Source of the DNA: Candidatus Saccharimonadota bacterium
GTDB lineage: Bacteria; Patescibacteriota; Saccharimonadia; Saccharimonadales; AWTP1-31
Assembly: GCA_003962975.1 (NCBI GenBank)
Contig: RXKC01000005.1
Location: 52,751 to 116,750 of the forward strand
DNA: 64,000 nt
Direction: 5' to 3'
Shown: positions 39,707-49,900 of the stretch, piece by piece
Position numbering within the stretch: position 1 is the first letter of the stretch
Layout of the letters: every line of letters starts with the position of its first letter
The notes under the pieces: generated by a model
What the model was told of the DNA's origin: nothing
The model's input: only the letters and a program-made list of their open reading frames with translations
Databases searched by the model: none
Made by a program: the position numbers and the translations under genes

Positions 39707-40875
39707 ACTTACTACAGCACAACATGCGGGCATTATTCCGCTTCACATTCCTATCCAACGTCCAGCCCTACTATGTAGTGTTAGTGCTGTATTTTGCCCA
39801 TATCCTGCACTCCTATGCACTGGCCGCAAGCGTCTGGGCATTTGTCCAGATTGCTCAGGCTGCACTTGAGATTCCTACTGGCGTGATCTCCGATCGCATT
39901 AGCAGAGTATTCAGTCTGCAACTTGGCGCTATTGCGAGCCTGAGTGGACTGCTCATCTATGCACTGTCAACCAGTTACCCTGTTCTGTTACTGGGCGCAG
40001 CATTGCAAGGGTTAAGCTTTGCGTTGTTTAGTGGCAACAACAATGCGATCATATACGACTCCGCTCGGCACGCGGGCGAGAAAGACGACTTCCATAGCTA
40101 CTACAGCAAAACCAACATTGCTTTAGAAGTTGGTGGTATTATTGCCGCCATTTCCGGATCGATCCTAGCGGCAATTTCGTATACTTTGGTGTTATGGATC
40201 TCCGTAATTCCACAGGCTCTAGCAGTACTGGTTGCTTTTACCTTCATTGAGCCACCGCGAACGTCGCCAGTTTCGGGTAATGTGTATAGTCATCTCAAAG
40301 ACGTACTAAAGCATTACAAACATAACTCACACTTACGGATGATGAGCATTGCTTCAATTATTGGCGGAGGCGTAGGCGGCGCAGCCTGGAATATAATGCC
40401 AGCGTACTACCGCTTGTACGTGCCATTGTCGTATGTTGGTTTCTTAACATCGGCCAACTATATCTGGAGCACTATCGGGTTTAACCTGAGTGGTTGGTTC
40501 ATGAAGCGATTCAAACCAGCAACCATCTTGCTAGTTGGCGAGGCGTATTCACGCGTTGTGTCGTTTGTAGCACTTGTTAGTTCAACCGTTGCTTCACCAT
40601 TCATCATGATGTTTTACGGTGCACCGTATGGCCCGACCGATACAGCAAAGCAGCACTTACTTCACCAGGAGTTTACGGACGATCAACGAGCAACTATGGA
40701 CTCGCTTAACTCGCTCGCAACAAGCGCGGTCTATGCCGGCTTTCTGGTGCTGGTTGGGTATTTAGCTGATAAGTATAGTCCGCGCATCTCTTTGCTGGTT
40801 TGTAACTTATTTCTACTGCCAGTTTTCTTCATTTATCGGGCTACGTTCAAGGCAATATCAAAAGTCGGTGAATAG
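39703..40875 (+). CDS. MFS-type transporter
   Basis: 390 aa and highly hydrophobic, with about 10-12 predicted segments. Its start overlaps the ABC-F stop (ATGA). Confidence 0.65.
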   Translation: MNLLQHNMRALFRFTFLSNVQPYYVVLVLYFAHILHSYALAASVWAFVQIAQAALEIPTGVISDRISRVFSLQLGAIASLSGLLIYALSTSYPVLLLGAALQGLSFALFSGNNNAIIYDSARHAGEKDDFHSYYSKTNIALEVGGIIAAISGSILAAISYTLVLWISVIPQALAVLVAFTFIEPPRTSPVSGNVYSHLKDVLKHYKHNSHLRMMSIASIIGGGVGGAAWNIMPAYYRLYVPLSYVGFLTSANYIWSTIGFNLSGWFMKRFKPATILLVGEAYSRVVSFVALVSSTVASPFIMMFYGAPYGPTDTAKQHLLHQEFTDDQRATMDSLNSLATSAVYAGFLVLVGYLADKYSPRISLLVCNLFLLPVFFIYRATFKAISKVGE

Positions 40876-40963
40876 ATAGATTCTCATGGCATAAATAAAG
40901 AGGCTTCAGTCCTCTCGCAAACTGCTTAAGACACAAGCCTCTTCTGCAGCCAGTATAGAGTAT

Positions 40964-41164
40964 TTAGCTAGGAATATCTTCAAGCTTTATGTTGAGTGCT
41001 TTGACTAACTTCTTGACGGTATCAAAGGTTGGTTCTTGTTCATCGCGTTCTATGCGGGCGTAGGTGTTAATATGAATGCCAGCTTTTTCGGCAAGCTCAA
41101 TTTGAGTCACGCCTAGTTTGAGGCGGGCTGCTTTGAGGACTGATCCGGTTGTTTGCTTGCTCAT
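40964..41164 (-). CDS. XRE-family helix-turn-helix transcriptional regulator
   Basis: 66 aa with LKAARLKLGVTQIELAEKAGIHINTYARIERDEQEPT, a classic Cro/C1 HTH. Confidence 0.85.
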   Translation of the reverse strand: MSKQTTGSVLKAARLKLGVTQIELAEKAGIHINTYARIERDEQEPTFDTVKKLVKALNIKLEDIPS

Positions 41165-41275
41165 GATTAACTCTATTGTACCAATAATACGGTCTCACGG
41201 ATATTATGACATATTGTTATTGAATAACACCTCTGTTAGTCTTAGGTTAGTTGCAGGAGCAATAAAGGAGCTGCC

Positions 41276-43846
41276 ATGACAGATGCATCGGGTGGTCAGC
41301 TAGTCAGTACGTTCAAGGCCATATTACCTTGGTCGGTGGGTGTGTTTGTGTCGCTCTTTTCGCTTGCTATCTTGATTGGTACTGTTCTTCGGTTATATAA
41401 CTATCGTCGTAAATACAAACAAAAGTCAGTTCTGCTGGAACTTACACCACCGGCATTTACCAACAAAACTCCTATTGCTACCACTCAATTATTCTCGGTA
41501 CTACACGGCTTACTCAAGTCGAGGAGCTTCAAAGACGCGGTTCTTCGCTATGTGCCAACCCTTTCAATGGAGATTGTCTCTACTAAGTCCAAGGGTATTC
41601 GGTTTTATATTCGTACCGACGAGGCTAACGAAGAACTTATCCGACAAGCAGTTACCGCGTATAGTTCGGATGTAAAGGTTCGGGTGGTTGCCGACAGACC
41701 CGAAATTCATGGAATGCAGGTATTGCAGGTGTATCGGCAGACTGAGCACTTTGCCATGCCACTTGATACCTCAAGCACCCTTAACGAGCATGATCCGGTC
41801 GCCTACTTAACAAATTCCATGACCCAGCTGCAAGACAACGAGCGTATTGAATTGCAATTAGTGGTTACGCCAACAGTTGTGTCCGAAGCGGCTAGTATTG
41901 ATAGAAAGATACGGCAGGGTTATTGGTCTGGATCGAGCCTTGAGAAACGGTTTGGACATAAGTCTATCCTACGAATCGTGTTTGCACTCATTCGCTTGCC
42001 GTTTGTGCTCGTTAAGACTATGATCTACACGTTTTTGACCAACAACCTACCAGAATCACAAAAACATACTAAGCGAGCCGAATACGCTAAGGCCATTCCG
42101 CCAGCCGAACAAGAACTGCTTGACTCTATGCACGCCAAACTAAGCCAAGATCTATTCTATGTAGATATACGAGCACGAATACTAGCTCCAGATAAAGAAA
42201 GGGTACGTGCTCGGTCTCGAGCATTAGGCAATGCCCTAATGACCTACACCACTCCGATGTGGCAACGACTGAGATCTACCAGGAGTTATATTCCTTGGCT
42301 GGGTCTTCGGATTCGTTTACGACAGTTTCAATACCGTTTACCGTCGCTGATCCATAGGCACGCTAATATACTAAGCTCTACCGAACTAAGCGCCTTGTTT
42401 CACTTCCCGCATAGTTCATCTGCACGAACAGAAAACGTATCTAAATCACTCAGTAAAACTCTACCAGCCCCGATATCGCTAAAAGATAGTGCTAATACCT
42501 TTGATGTAATTCTAGGTAAAAATATCCACCACGGCAGCGAAACACTAATTGGGTTAACTGAAGCCGAACGGCAACGACACATCTATGTTATCGGTGGAAC
42601 CGGTAACGGTAAAACAACCATGTTGCAGTACGGTATTGTGCAGGACATTCAAAGCGGCAAAGGCTTGGCGGTGATTGATCCGCATGGTGATATGGCACTG
42701 ACCATACTTAAACATATCCCTAGGGATCGCATGCAGGACGTTATCTACTTCAACCCTGATGATATCGACCACCCACTGGCCATGAACCTGCTAGAAATTC
42801 CAGAAGGCCTGAAAGGCAGTGCCCTAGAACGAGAAAAAGACCGCGTCACCGAACATGTTATTTCGGTGCTTCGAAAAATCTTCTCAGACGACGATACCGG
42901 TGGCCACCGTATTGAGTATGTGCTACGTAATGCCATTCAAACAGCGCTTACCACCGAAGACCCAACCATCTTTACTATCTTTGAACTTCTTACCAACGAT
43001 AATTACCGTAAAAAGATAACTAATGCATTACCAGCCGGAACGCTTAAGAATTTTTGGCAGAACGAGCTCGGTAAAGCTGGAGCTATGCAACGGGTTAAGA
43101 TGAGCCACGGTGTTACCAGTAAGATCGGGCGTTTTGAATTCTCGCCCGCAACCAAGCGAGTCATGGGCCGAGCAAAATCTACAATAGACTTTGATGACAT
43201 CTTGGCTTCTGGCAAGATCCTGGTCTGTAATTTCTCTAAAGGCAATCTCGGCGAAGATACTTCTGAGCTTTTTGGTACGGCAGTACTGGCCAAGCTGCAA
43301 ATTGCAGCACTGCGACGTGCCCGCATGGATCAAGCCAAGCGCGAGCCGTATTATTTGTACGTAGACGAATTCCAGAACTTCGCAACCATGCCATTTGTGC
43401 AGATGCTTTCCGAGGCTAGAAAGTATAAGCTATTTTTAACCATGGCCGAACAGTCTACTGCCCAGCAAGAAGAACAGCGCCTGGTGCAGATTATTCTAGC
43501 TAATGTTGGTACGGTGATTAGCTTTAGAACTGGTAGCCCTGCTGATGAGCAACTAGTTTTGCCGTTGTTCAAGCCATATATTGAGGAGGGCGAGATAGCC
43601 AATCTGCCAAGCTTTAACTTCTATGCACGCTTGAGCGCTATTCATTCACAAGAACCGTTATCTGGCGAAACATTGCTCCTTGAAAACGCAGGTAGTGATT
43701 CGATTGCCAAGAAAGTTATTGCGTCCTCACAGAAGTTGTATGCGTATGAATATGGTAAGACTAAGCCAAAGTTGGTCAATAAGCTAGCCAAAACAGAATC
43801 CAAGACTAGCACAGAGTCCGATGAGGATGAGCCGCTAGAAGTTTAA
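41276..43846 (+). CDS. TraD/VirD4/TraG-like (type IV coupling-protein-like) P-loop ATPase with N-terminal TM region
   Basis: 856 aa with an N-terminal TM segment (WSVGVFVSLFSLAILIGTVL), Walker A VIGGTGNGKTT, Walker B YLYVDEFQNF, and ARKYKLFLTMAEQS. Strong RBS. Confidence 0.6.
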   Translation: MTDASGGQLVSTFKAILPWSVGVFVSLFSLAILIGTVLRLYNYRRKYKQKSVLLELTPPAFTNKTPIATTQLFSVLHGLLKSRSFKDAVLRYVPTLSMEIVSTKSKGIRFYIRTDEANEELIRQAVTAYSSDVKVRVVADRPEIHGMQVLQVYRQTEHFAMPLDTSSTLNEHDPVAYLTNSMTQLQDNERIELQLVVTPTVVSEAASIDRKIRQGYWSGSSLEKRFGHKSILRIVFALIRLPFVLVKTMIYTFLTNNLPESQKHTKRAEYAKAIPPAEQELLDSMHAKLSQDLFYVDIRARILAPDKERVRARSRALGNALMTYTTPMWQRLRSTRSYIPWLGLRIRLRQFQYRLPSLIHRHANILSSTELSALFHFPHSSSARTENVSKSLSKTLPAPISLKDSANTFDVILGKNIHHGSETLIGLTEAERQRHIYVIGGTGNGKTTMLQYGIVQDIQSGKGLAVIDPHGDMALTILKHIPRDRMQDVIYFNPDDIDHPLAMNLLEIPEGLKGSALEREKDRVTEHVISVLRKIFSDDDTGGHRIEYVLRNAIQTALTTEDPTIFTIFELLTNDNYRKKITNALPAGTLKNFWQNELGKAGAMQRVKMSHGVTSKIGRFEFSPATKRVMGRAKSTIDFDDILASGKILVCNFSKGNLGEDTSELFGTAVLAKLQIAALRRARMDQAKREPYYLYVDEFQNFATMPFVQMLSEARKYKLFLTMAEQSTAQQEEQRLVQIILANVGTVISFRTGSPADEQLVLPLFKPYIEEGEIANLPSFNFYARLSAIHSQEPLSGETLLLENAGSDSIAKKVIASSQKLYAYEYGKTKPKLVNKLAKTESKTSTESDEDEPLEV

Positions 43847-44091
43847 TCGACGAATACTTGCCGAGGTTTAGCACTATCGGCTGGTCAGATCGGTCTTTCC
43901 CCGGTGACAAGAAGGTGTGTGTTGTGTCGATTATGGTATAGTATCTTCAGTACTTTTAAATTTCGGCAGGACACCAAGTTCTTTTGTTTACTATAAGCTC
44001 AACACATCTCATTAGAAGAATCCGTTAAAAGATTCATCCGAAGAGATCTAGTCGAGTCTCTTTAGCAAATAATAATTTGGGAGGTAAAGAT

Positions 44092-44265
44092 ATGGTTAGC
44101 CCGTATTTTAAAGTCTTCAAGGATAGTGCTGGTGAGTGGCGCTGGACGCTTCACGCGGCCAACAACGAACCAGTTGCTGTTAGTGAAGGCTACACCCGAC
44201 GTGAGAGTGCAGTAGAAATGGCCCAAAAGCTGTGGAAGATTGCATATAACGCGCCGATCGTGTAA
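44092..44265 (+). CDS. YegP/DUF1508-family small protein
   Basis: ATG at 44092 after GGGAGG. The sequence YFKVFKDSAGEWRWTLHAANNEPVAVSEGYTRRESAVEMAQ matches a single DUF1508 repeat. Confidence 0.75.
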   Translation: MVSPYFKVFKDSAGEWRWTLHAANNEPVAVSEGYTRRESAVEMAQKLWKIAYNAPIV

Positions 44266-44293
44266 AGCAACGTCCTGCCGGAGTTCAAGAGTA

Positions 44294-44740
44294 TTACCCT
44301 TTAAATTCAGACATAATGTTCACCTGGTTGCCAAACTCATCAGCTAACATTTTTTTGAGTGGACCATCTTTGGTTATTACTGTTACTAGCGAAGTATCAA
44401 TTGTCCCGAACTCTAGAGTGGTCTGAGGAGGTCTCCTGCCATAATCTGTGACTAGACAGGACACCAATGCAAGTATTGATACATCAGCAAAACCCCTCAT
44501 TTTCGCAAATGATACGCCCGTGAACTTATTGAGCATCGTGGCATATTCTTTTAGATAGTGTGCCTCATCGTAGCCTTTCATAGAGGATGCAAGTTTCACC
44601 ATCTCGAATTTCTTGTTATGTCTTGCCTCGGCAACCAAGTATTCGTAATAAAGATCATCTGACACAGTAATTTCAATCGACGGTAGCTTGCCCCCGTTAT
44701 TGATACTGTTAATAATGGTATTTGTATCAACAACTGTCAT
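44294..44740 (-). CDS. PIN-domain nuclease-like protein
   Basis: 148 aa with an N-terminal VVDTNTII, a central GFADVSILALV and a C-terminal VTVITKDGPL. These match the acidic-residue positions of PIN domains. The gene overlaps its upstream neighbour by 4 nt. Confidence 0.65.
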   Translation of the reverse strand: MTVVDTNTIINSINNGGKLPSIEITVSDDLYYEYLVAEARHNKKFEMVKLASSMKGYDEAHYLKEYATMLNKFTGVSFAKMRGFADVSILALVSCLVTDYGRRPPQTTLEFGTIDTSLVTVITKDGPLKKMLADEFGNQVNIMSEFKG

Positions 44741-45933
44741 AGACCTACGTTCGCCTTAAACTTCTCAAACTTTAGTTTGTCTACGTAGCCAAACATGAGG
44801 TATTGAGCCCTGACACCCGTCAGCTTATCTGTTCGAACGCCATCAATTATGTCTGCGCAGGTAGCTTCACCACATAGTTTCTTTACCGATGTGTCGATAT
44901 TTGGCGTACGTTTGTGGCTTGCGCCTGACGACTCTGGTTTTCTCTGAATACTTTCAAGAAGTTCTTGAAGTTCTTCTTTTGTTTGTATGAGGCCTCGCTC
45001 CTGCAGTGTCAGGACGATAGCCGAAGGTGTCAACATATATTTTTCTGCAAGTTCGTCACGCACACTGTCTGTTATAGGTTCTTCAAGCTGTTCCGTGACC
45101 ACAACCGGAAGAAGCACTTCGCTTGCAATACCAAACGCCTGCTTAAGCAAGTCACTTTCACGAATCCTGGTTTCGAATTCGCCATCAATATATACGTTGT
45201 ACTGTTCAAGACCAATCATGGTAAGTAGGGCAAACAGCGTAAGGATTTGTCTCCCTGGCGTTTCATTGTCGTTAATTTCACTGGGCAAGAATATGTAGGG
45301 TACTTTATTGTCTTTTACTACAAAGCCACTGGATTTTCGATATGTGCTCCTTATATTATTTTCAATAGGTAGCAGTTTGTTCGAGTTCATGACACCACGA
45401 GAAACACGAACGTTTTTCTTTTCAAGCTGCTTGATTATGTAGCCAAGAGTCTTTTCTTTCTGGCCACTACTTAGCGATTCTGGGTCTATGTCGAAGTAGG
45501 ACAAAATATGCCCGGCGCGTTCGTGGTCAGGAATCTTTGTTAAGCTACCGCAAAAGTCATTATTTTTATCAACTACAGTTCGCGCAAAGTCTTGGAGAGC
45601 AATAAGCCTGTCGGCTATTCTTAACGCTACTCCTTTACCCTCATTATCTCGGCTCGCAATAAACTTATCTTCAAACTTGCTTTTTCGTAACTTATCAAGT
45701 TCAGCGATTTCCTTATCTAGCTTTTCTGGTTTAAGTAGGAATAGCTGCCACGGCAGTGATAAGGTTTCGCATTCTTTCTTCAGATCAGAGAAAGATATTT
45801 CTTTTGTCTGTCGCGCCTCAACAAATACCTGTCGTTCCGTGAGTGATTCGTCAGGATAAATGCTGAGAATCTTATCCAGCGAAGATTCTTTAATATGTAG
45901 AGCAGTCTTACCATGAGATTTCAGTGCTATCAT
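44737..45933 (-). CDS. hypothetical 398-aa protein, operon partner of the PIN gene
   Basis: Long uninterrupted ORF whose stop overlaps the PIN start. I see no clean catalytic motif. Confidence 0.55.
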   Translation of the reverse strand: MIALKSHGKTALHIKESSLDKILSIYPDESLTERQVFVEARQTKEISFSDLKKECETLSLPWQLFLLKPEKLDKEIAELDKLRKSKFEDKFIASRDNEGKGVALRIADRLIALQDFARTVVDKNNDFCGSLTKIPDHERAGHILSYFDIDPESLSSGQKEKTLGYIIKQLEKKNVRVSRGVMNSNKLLPIENNIRSTYRKSSGFVVKDNKVPYIFLPSEINDNETPGRQILTLFALLTMIGLEQYNVYIDGEFETRIRESDLLKQAFGIASEVLLPVVVTEQLEEPITDSVRDELAEKYMLTPSAIVLTLQERGLIQTKEELQELLESIQRKPESSGASHKRTPNIDTSVKKLCGEATCADIIDGVRTDKLTGVRAQYLMFGYVDKLKFEKFKANVGL

Positions 45934-45999
45934 AAAAAACCAAAGCGATGCTTATTTTATGAAAGTGCCACCACCGCACATGCCACTAACACTAAATAA

Positions 46000-46041
46000 A
46001 TACTACGCTTCTCGAGGTAAAGTTGCAATCGAACGCGATTG
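46000..46041 (-). promoter_or_regulatory. candidate promoter (TTGCAA-17 nt-TAGTAT) with overlapping palindrome CAATCG-N4-CGATTG
   Basis: Minus strand: -35 at 46028-46023 and -10 at 46005-46000. The palindrome at 46026-46041 overlaps the -35 element. It lies upstream of the 398-aa/PIN pair. Confidence 0.4.
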
Positions 46042-46080
46042 TTGTTTAAAATGCTTAAGTTTATTTAAGTTAAGGGGTCT

Positions 46081-46995
46081 TTATTTGCTTAAGATATCAA
46101 CGAATCTATTCGTCTCTTCCAATGTCCAGTCCATAATCCTTACATACTTGCCAGTGTGCTGACTGTAGTTACCTGACGTACATCCCTCGCAGATAGATAG
46201 CTGTTCTTGCTTTTCATCTTCAACTGGAAATATAGAAACTTGAGTAGTATTTTGTGCAGATTTACCTTCACAGCTCATAGGAATTACATATTTTAGCCCG
46301 TCCATCTGGAATATGTTCCAGCTGATAATTTCAGCAAACGAGCGTAGCAAGTCCAATGACGGCTTACGCCCAAACTTGTCCTGGTAGTAATCGATGAGAG
46401 TATAGAGTAGGTTTTCTCTAGCAATAAGGAGATTGTCGCCCTGCCATTCGTATCCATAGCTCGCCATGTATGCATGCTTTGCCCATTTGATCCACTCGCG
46501 TGGGGTATCGCAAAACTTCGATACAACTCGTAGCTTGCGGTCGAGAAAGCCGACACGGTTTGATAACTTTATGAGTTTGCCGGTATGTGCTGTAGGGTTG
46601 TAGCGACTCACAATAAATGGTGCTTCGCCACAGCTAATCTCAAGTATTGTTTTTGATACGTAGGCTTGCCAGCTTTCATTAGGCCAATCAACAATATTAT
46701 TCATCTTATCGACAATTTTTACCGGTGTGAATACTTCTGCCTTATCGCGGGTACGTTGCTTTTGCTCGGCAAGCGGTTTTGCAGCACGTGGCTGTATGAG
46801 CTCACCGTGCTGTCCAGTAACTAACTCTTTTTTTATGTGCTTTTTGGGTGCAAAATCTTTGCCGATAGCCTCGTATGAGTCTGTCGCCCAGATAATGTTC
46901 TTACCAGAGGTTCTGTCGATGAGGAGGATATCCAATAGATTACCACGATGGCGAAGTGAGTTTTCTTGGATATCAATTTCGTGAGCAGGAGCCAT
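46081..46995 (-). CDS. methyltransferase-like protein lacking catalytic motif IV ('half-MTase'), third gene of the operon
   Basis: 304 aa. AEVFTPVKIVDKM parallels SEVFTPSHIVDKV in the upstream fusion protein. LEISCGEAPFIV resembles a motif-I position and YGYEWQGDNLLIARENLL a motif-III position. There is no (N/D)PP(Y/F) anywhere. The C-terminus has Cys pairs (SCEG...CEGC). Confidence 0.55.
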   Translation of the reverse strand: MAPAHEIDIQENSLRHRGNLLDILLIDRTSGKNIIWATDSYEAIGKDFAPKKHIKKELVTGQHGELIQPRAAKPLAEQKQRTRDKAEVFTPVKIVDKMNNIVDWPNESWQAYVSKTILEISCGEAPFIVSRYNPTAHTGKLIKLSNRVGFLDRKLRVVSKFCDTPREWIKWAKHAYMASYGYEWQGDNLLIARENLLYTLIDYYQDKFGRKPSLDLLRSFAEIISWNIFQMDGLKYVIPMSCEGKSAQNTTQVSIFPVEDEKQEQLSICEGCTSGNYSQHTGKYVRIMDWTLEETNRFVDILSK

Positions 46996-46998
46996 GGG

Positions 46999-49900
46999 CT
47001 ACTCCATTGCCCTAACGTGAGTCTCAATAAAGTCAATTTCTTTTTGGCTTAAGCCATATTTTGCATAAAGTTGTTTGTCTATGTTCGGAATACTTTTTGA
47101 CCAGTCGATATCAGAATCTGGCGTGAAATCTTGCAGTGGAACGTTCTTCCATGTTCCCTTGGGGGCGTGTTGAGTGATCTTTAATGTGCCAAGCATTGCA
47201 CGGGCAAATTTTGATTTAATGTATTTCATGCAGTTTTGTGCTTGAATCTCAGTATCAAACCCTCCGAAGGATATAAAGGTCTGGGTACCCCCTATAAGGG
47301 GTTCCCCTATAAGGGGTGTACTGAGAATTTCACCGATTGCACCACTCCCGTTAGACTTTGGAACAAATACCTTCCATTTATCTAGATTTGGGTGAGCAGA
47401 GATGTACTCTCGCTTGATCCACTTGAAGATGCGTTTATTATCCTCGCGACCGTAAATGCACACGTAATCACCAGTGGAAGGTTGATTATTTGTGAATACC
47501 TCCGGAAAAGTACGGAACACTTTTGTCCCGATAGATCTTTCCTCGTTTACGCTTACTCGACCACGAAGCTGCGGATTATCCTCATATAACTTTTCAGTAA
47601 ACCTGTAGCTACTATTGCCAAAAATTATTTTGCTTAGTTTTTCGGGATTAGTTAGTGAAACCTTATGAAGTACGGAGTTGAGCTCGTCAAACGGGGTAAA
47701 TGTGCCGATTGGTCCTAAAATCTTATCTGCATCACGGTGTGTAATGACCACACCACCCTTGATATCTGTATTAGGAAAGATATCAGCTGACTTTTGCTTG
47801 AAGTAAACTACTTTCAAGTGCTTATCATTGAGCATCTTTTCATTCCACTGCTTGGAAGATTGACCAGCATTAAACAGGAATCTACCAGGCGTAATCAAAC
47901 ATACTTTATCAGATAATAAGTAAGAGTTGTCCATAAACTGTGGGTAAATAGGATTAGTACGACTATTAGCCGTATCCTCCTGATAAGGCGGGTTACCAAC
48001 CACGGCACTGAACTTCACTTGATTACCCTCGTCTCCATTACTTTCTATTCTAACATCCGTGGCCTTGAGGTCTTCTTTTGTTATTTCACTAAGCGTTTTA
48101 GTCGCCAGTAGTGTTCGGAAGGTATCTATGTGCTTTAGCTCTAGGATGTCGTAAGACGTAAAGTGCTGGGCAATATTATCAATATTAAGCCCTAACGCCT
48201 TGTACATTTTGCGGGTAAATTCGTAAGCAGCTGACGAAGTCGGAATCGAGTAGAAGTTATTCTTTATGCTTTCTAGTGATACGCCATCTTGCTGCACTCG
48301 CCTGACAAATCCGTTAGCAAAACTACCGGACTTACTAGCAATGTCTAAAACTTTAGCACTTGAGGCGCTGCGCCAGAAGTCGGTGCCAAAGGCGTCAAAT
48401 ACTTTATCGACAATATGAGAAGGAGTGAATACCTCTGAGTCTGATAGTTTGCCGAACTTGTTGATGGCAATATTAATATGTTCGACTGGCGTAATGCTAT
48501 CGTCGTTAGCGCGATAGTCTGAGTTCTGGATCTTGTAGTCAAGTGAGCTAAGTATTGACCAGTTCATTGTTTCGCGTAGCGCAGTGAGGTGTTCTTTTCT
48601 GAGGCCCAGACTACGAGCTATGCGCTGGTTGTCTTTGTTAGCATCAAGGTTAGAGATAACGTCAGCTAGTGACTTTTCTTCGGTGGTTGAAAGGAATGCA
48701 AAGAGCAGGATGAGCACGTAGTACATGCGGAATTGTTTTTCGAATGTTTTGATAGCATTAGCCTCATCATTGTCAGTTGGCGAGCTGTCAGTGCTACCAT
48801 GTGAAGTATCGTCTTCATCGTTTTCGCCTGTGTCATCACCAGTATCGGTGTCAATATCATCGCCTTCGCCATCATCTTCAATCGGTGAGATATTAAGGCC
48901 ATTTTTGCCATTGATTTCCGCCAAGGTACTAATCAAGCTGTTAATACTTTCGTTATCTCGAAGACTAATGTCGACGCCAATTTCATTGACGTCTTCGCTG
49001 ATAGAGCGCTCATTTGCGTATTTTCGAACTGCGTCGATAATGACTGAGGCTTTTACTTCAACGAGTTTGTTATTTTCGGCATTAAGTGCGAGTACTGGTG
49101 ACACTTTAAGATCTCGTGTAACGAATTGTTCAATATTTTCGTTACCGATTTTTTCAATGTTTACACCGTAGCTGAGTGCTTTGGCTTCTTGCAGGAGGAA
49201 TAGTCTTGTTGGATCAAGATCAACCAGCAGGGTTTGCGGCTTCATATCATATTTGATTACTTCATCTGTATTATCAACGTACTTCTTTATCCATGGGGAT
49301 TGAAGTCGAAAGATAGCTTGATCGTATTCTTGCGGACTAATGGTCGCTTTAAGATAGATCATGGTATCCCACTCTGGCACCGTTGTGCCAGTGAGCATCT
49401 TATTGACTGTCAGAGTTAGCGTTTTTCTGCCATTCGCTTCAGCGGCAGTTACTGCAGCTTTTATTTGCTCGGGTTTTTTGAGTGATGTACTGGCGTTATG
49501 GCCACTGATATTAAGGATTTTATATTCAGAAAGGTTTTTAAATAGTTCCGGACGGTCATGTAGTAGCTTTTCAAACGCATCACATGATGCTCGCTTTGGC
49601 AGAACGATAACCACATGACGTGCGAGCTTACCGGCTTTAATCGATGGATGGTCGAGCAAGGCTAGTAGTTTAGTGTCCTGTTTTGTGCCATCGAGCACCC
49701 GAAGTAGATCGATTACTTCCTTTTCATGCAAGAAGGTTTGGTAGTCACCAGTTTTATTGGTATCGACAGGCGCAAAGATTTCAGACGGCTTGCTGCCAGG
49801 GAGTTCTTCGAGTTTCTTACGAGAGCTTTCATTTGGATTGAAGGCAAAGCGAATCATTTGTGGGAAGCCGTAGTATGGGTTGTCCCACTCGTTTTTATCG

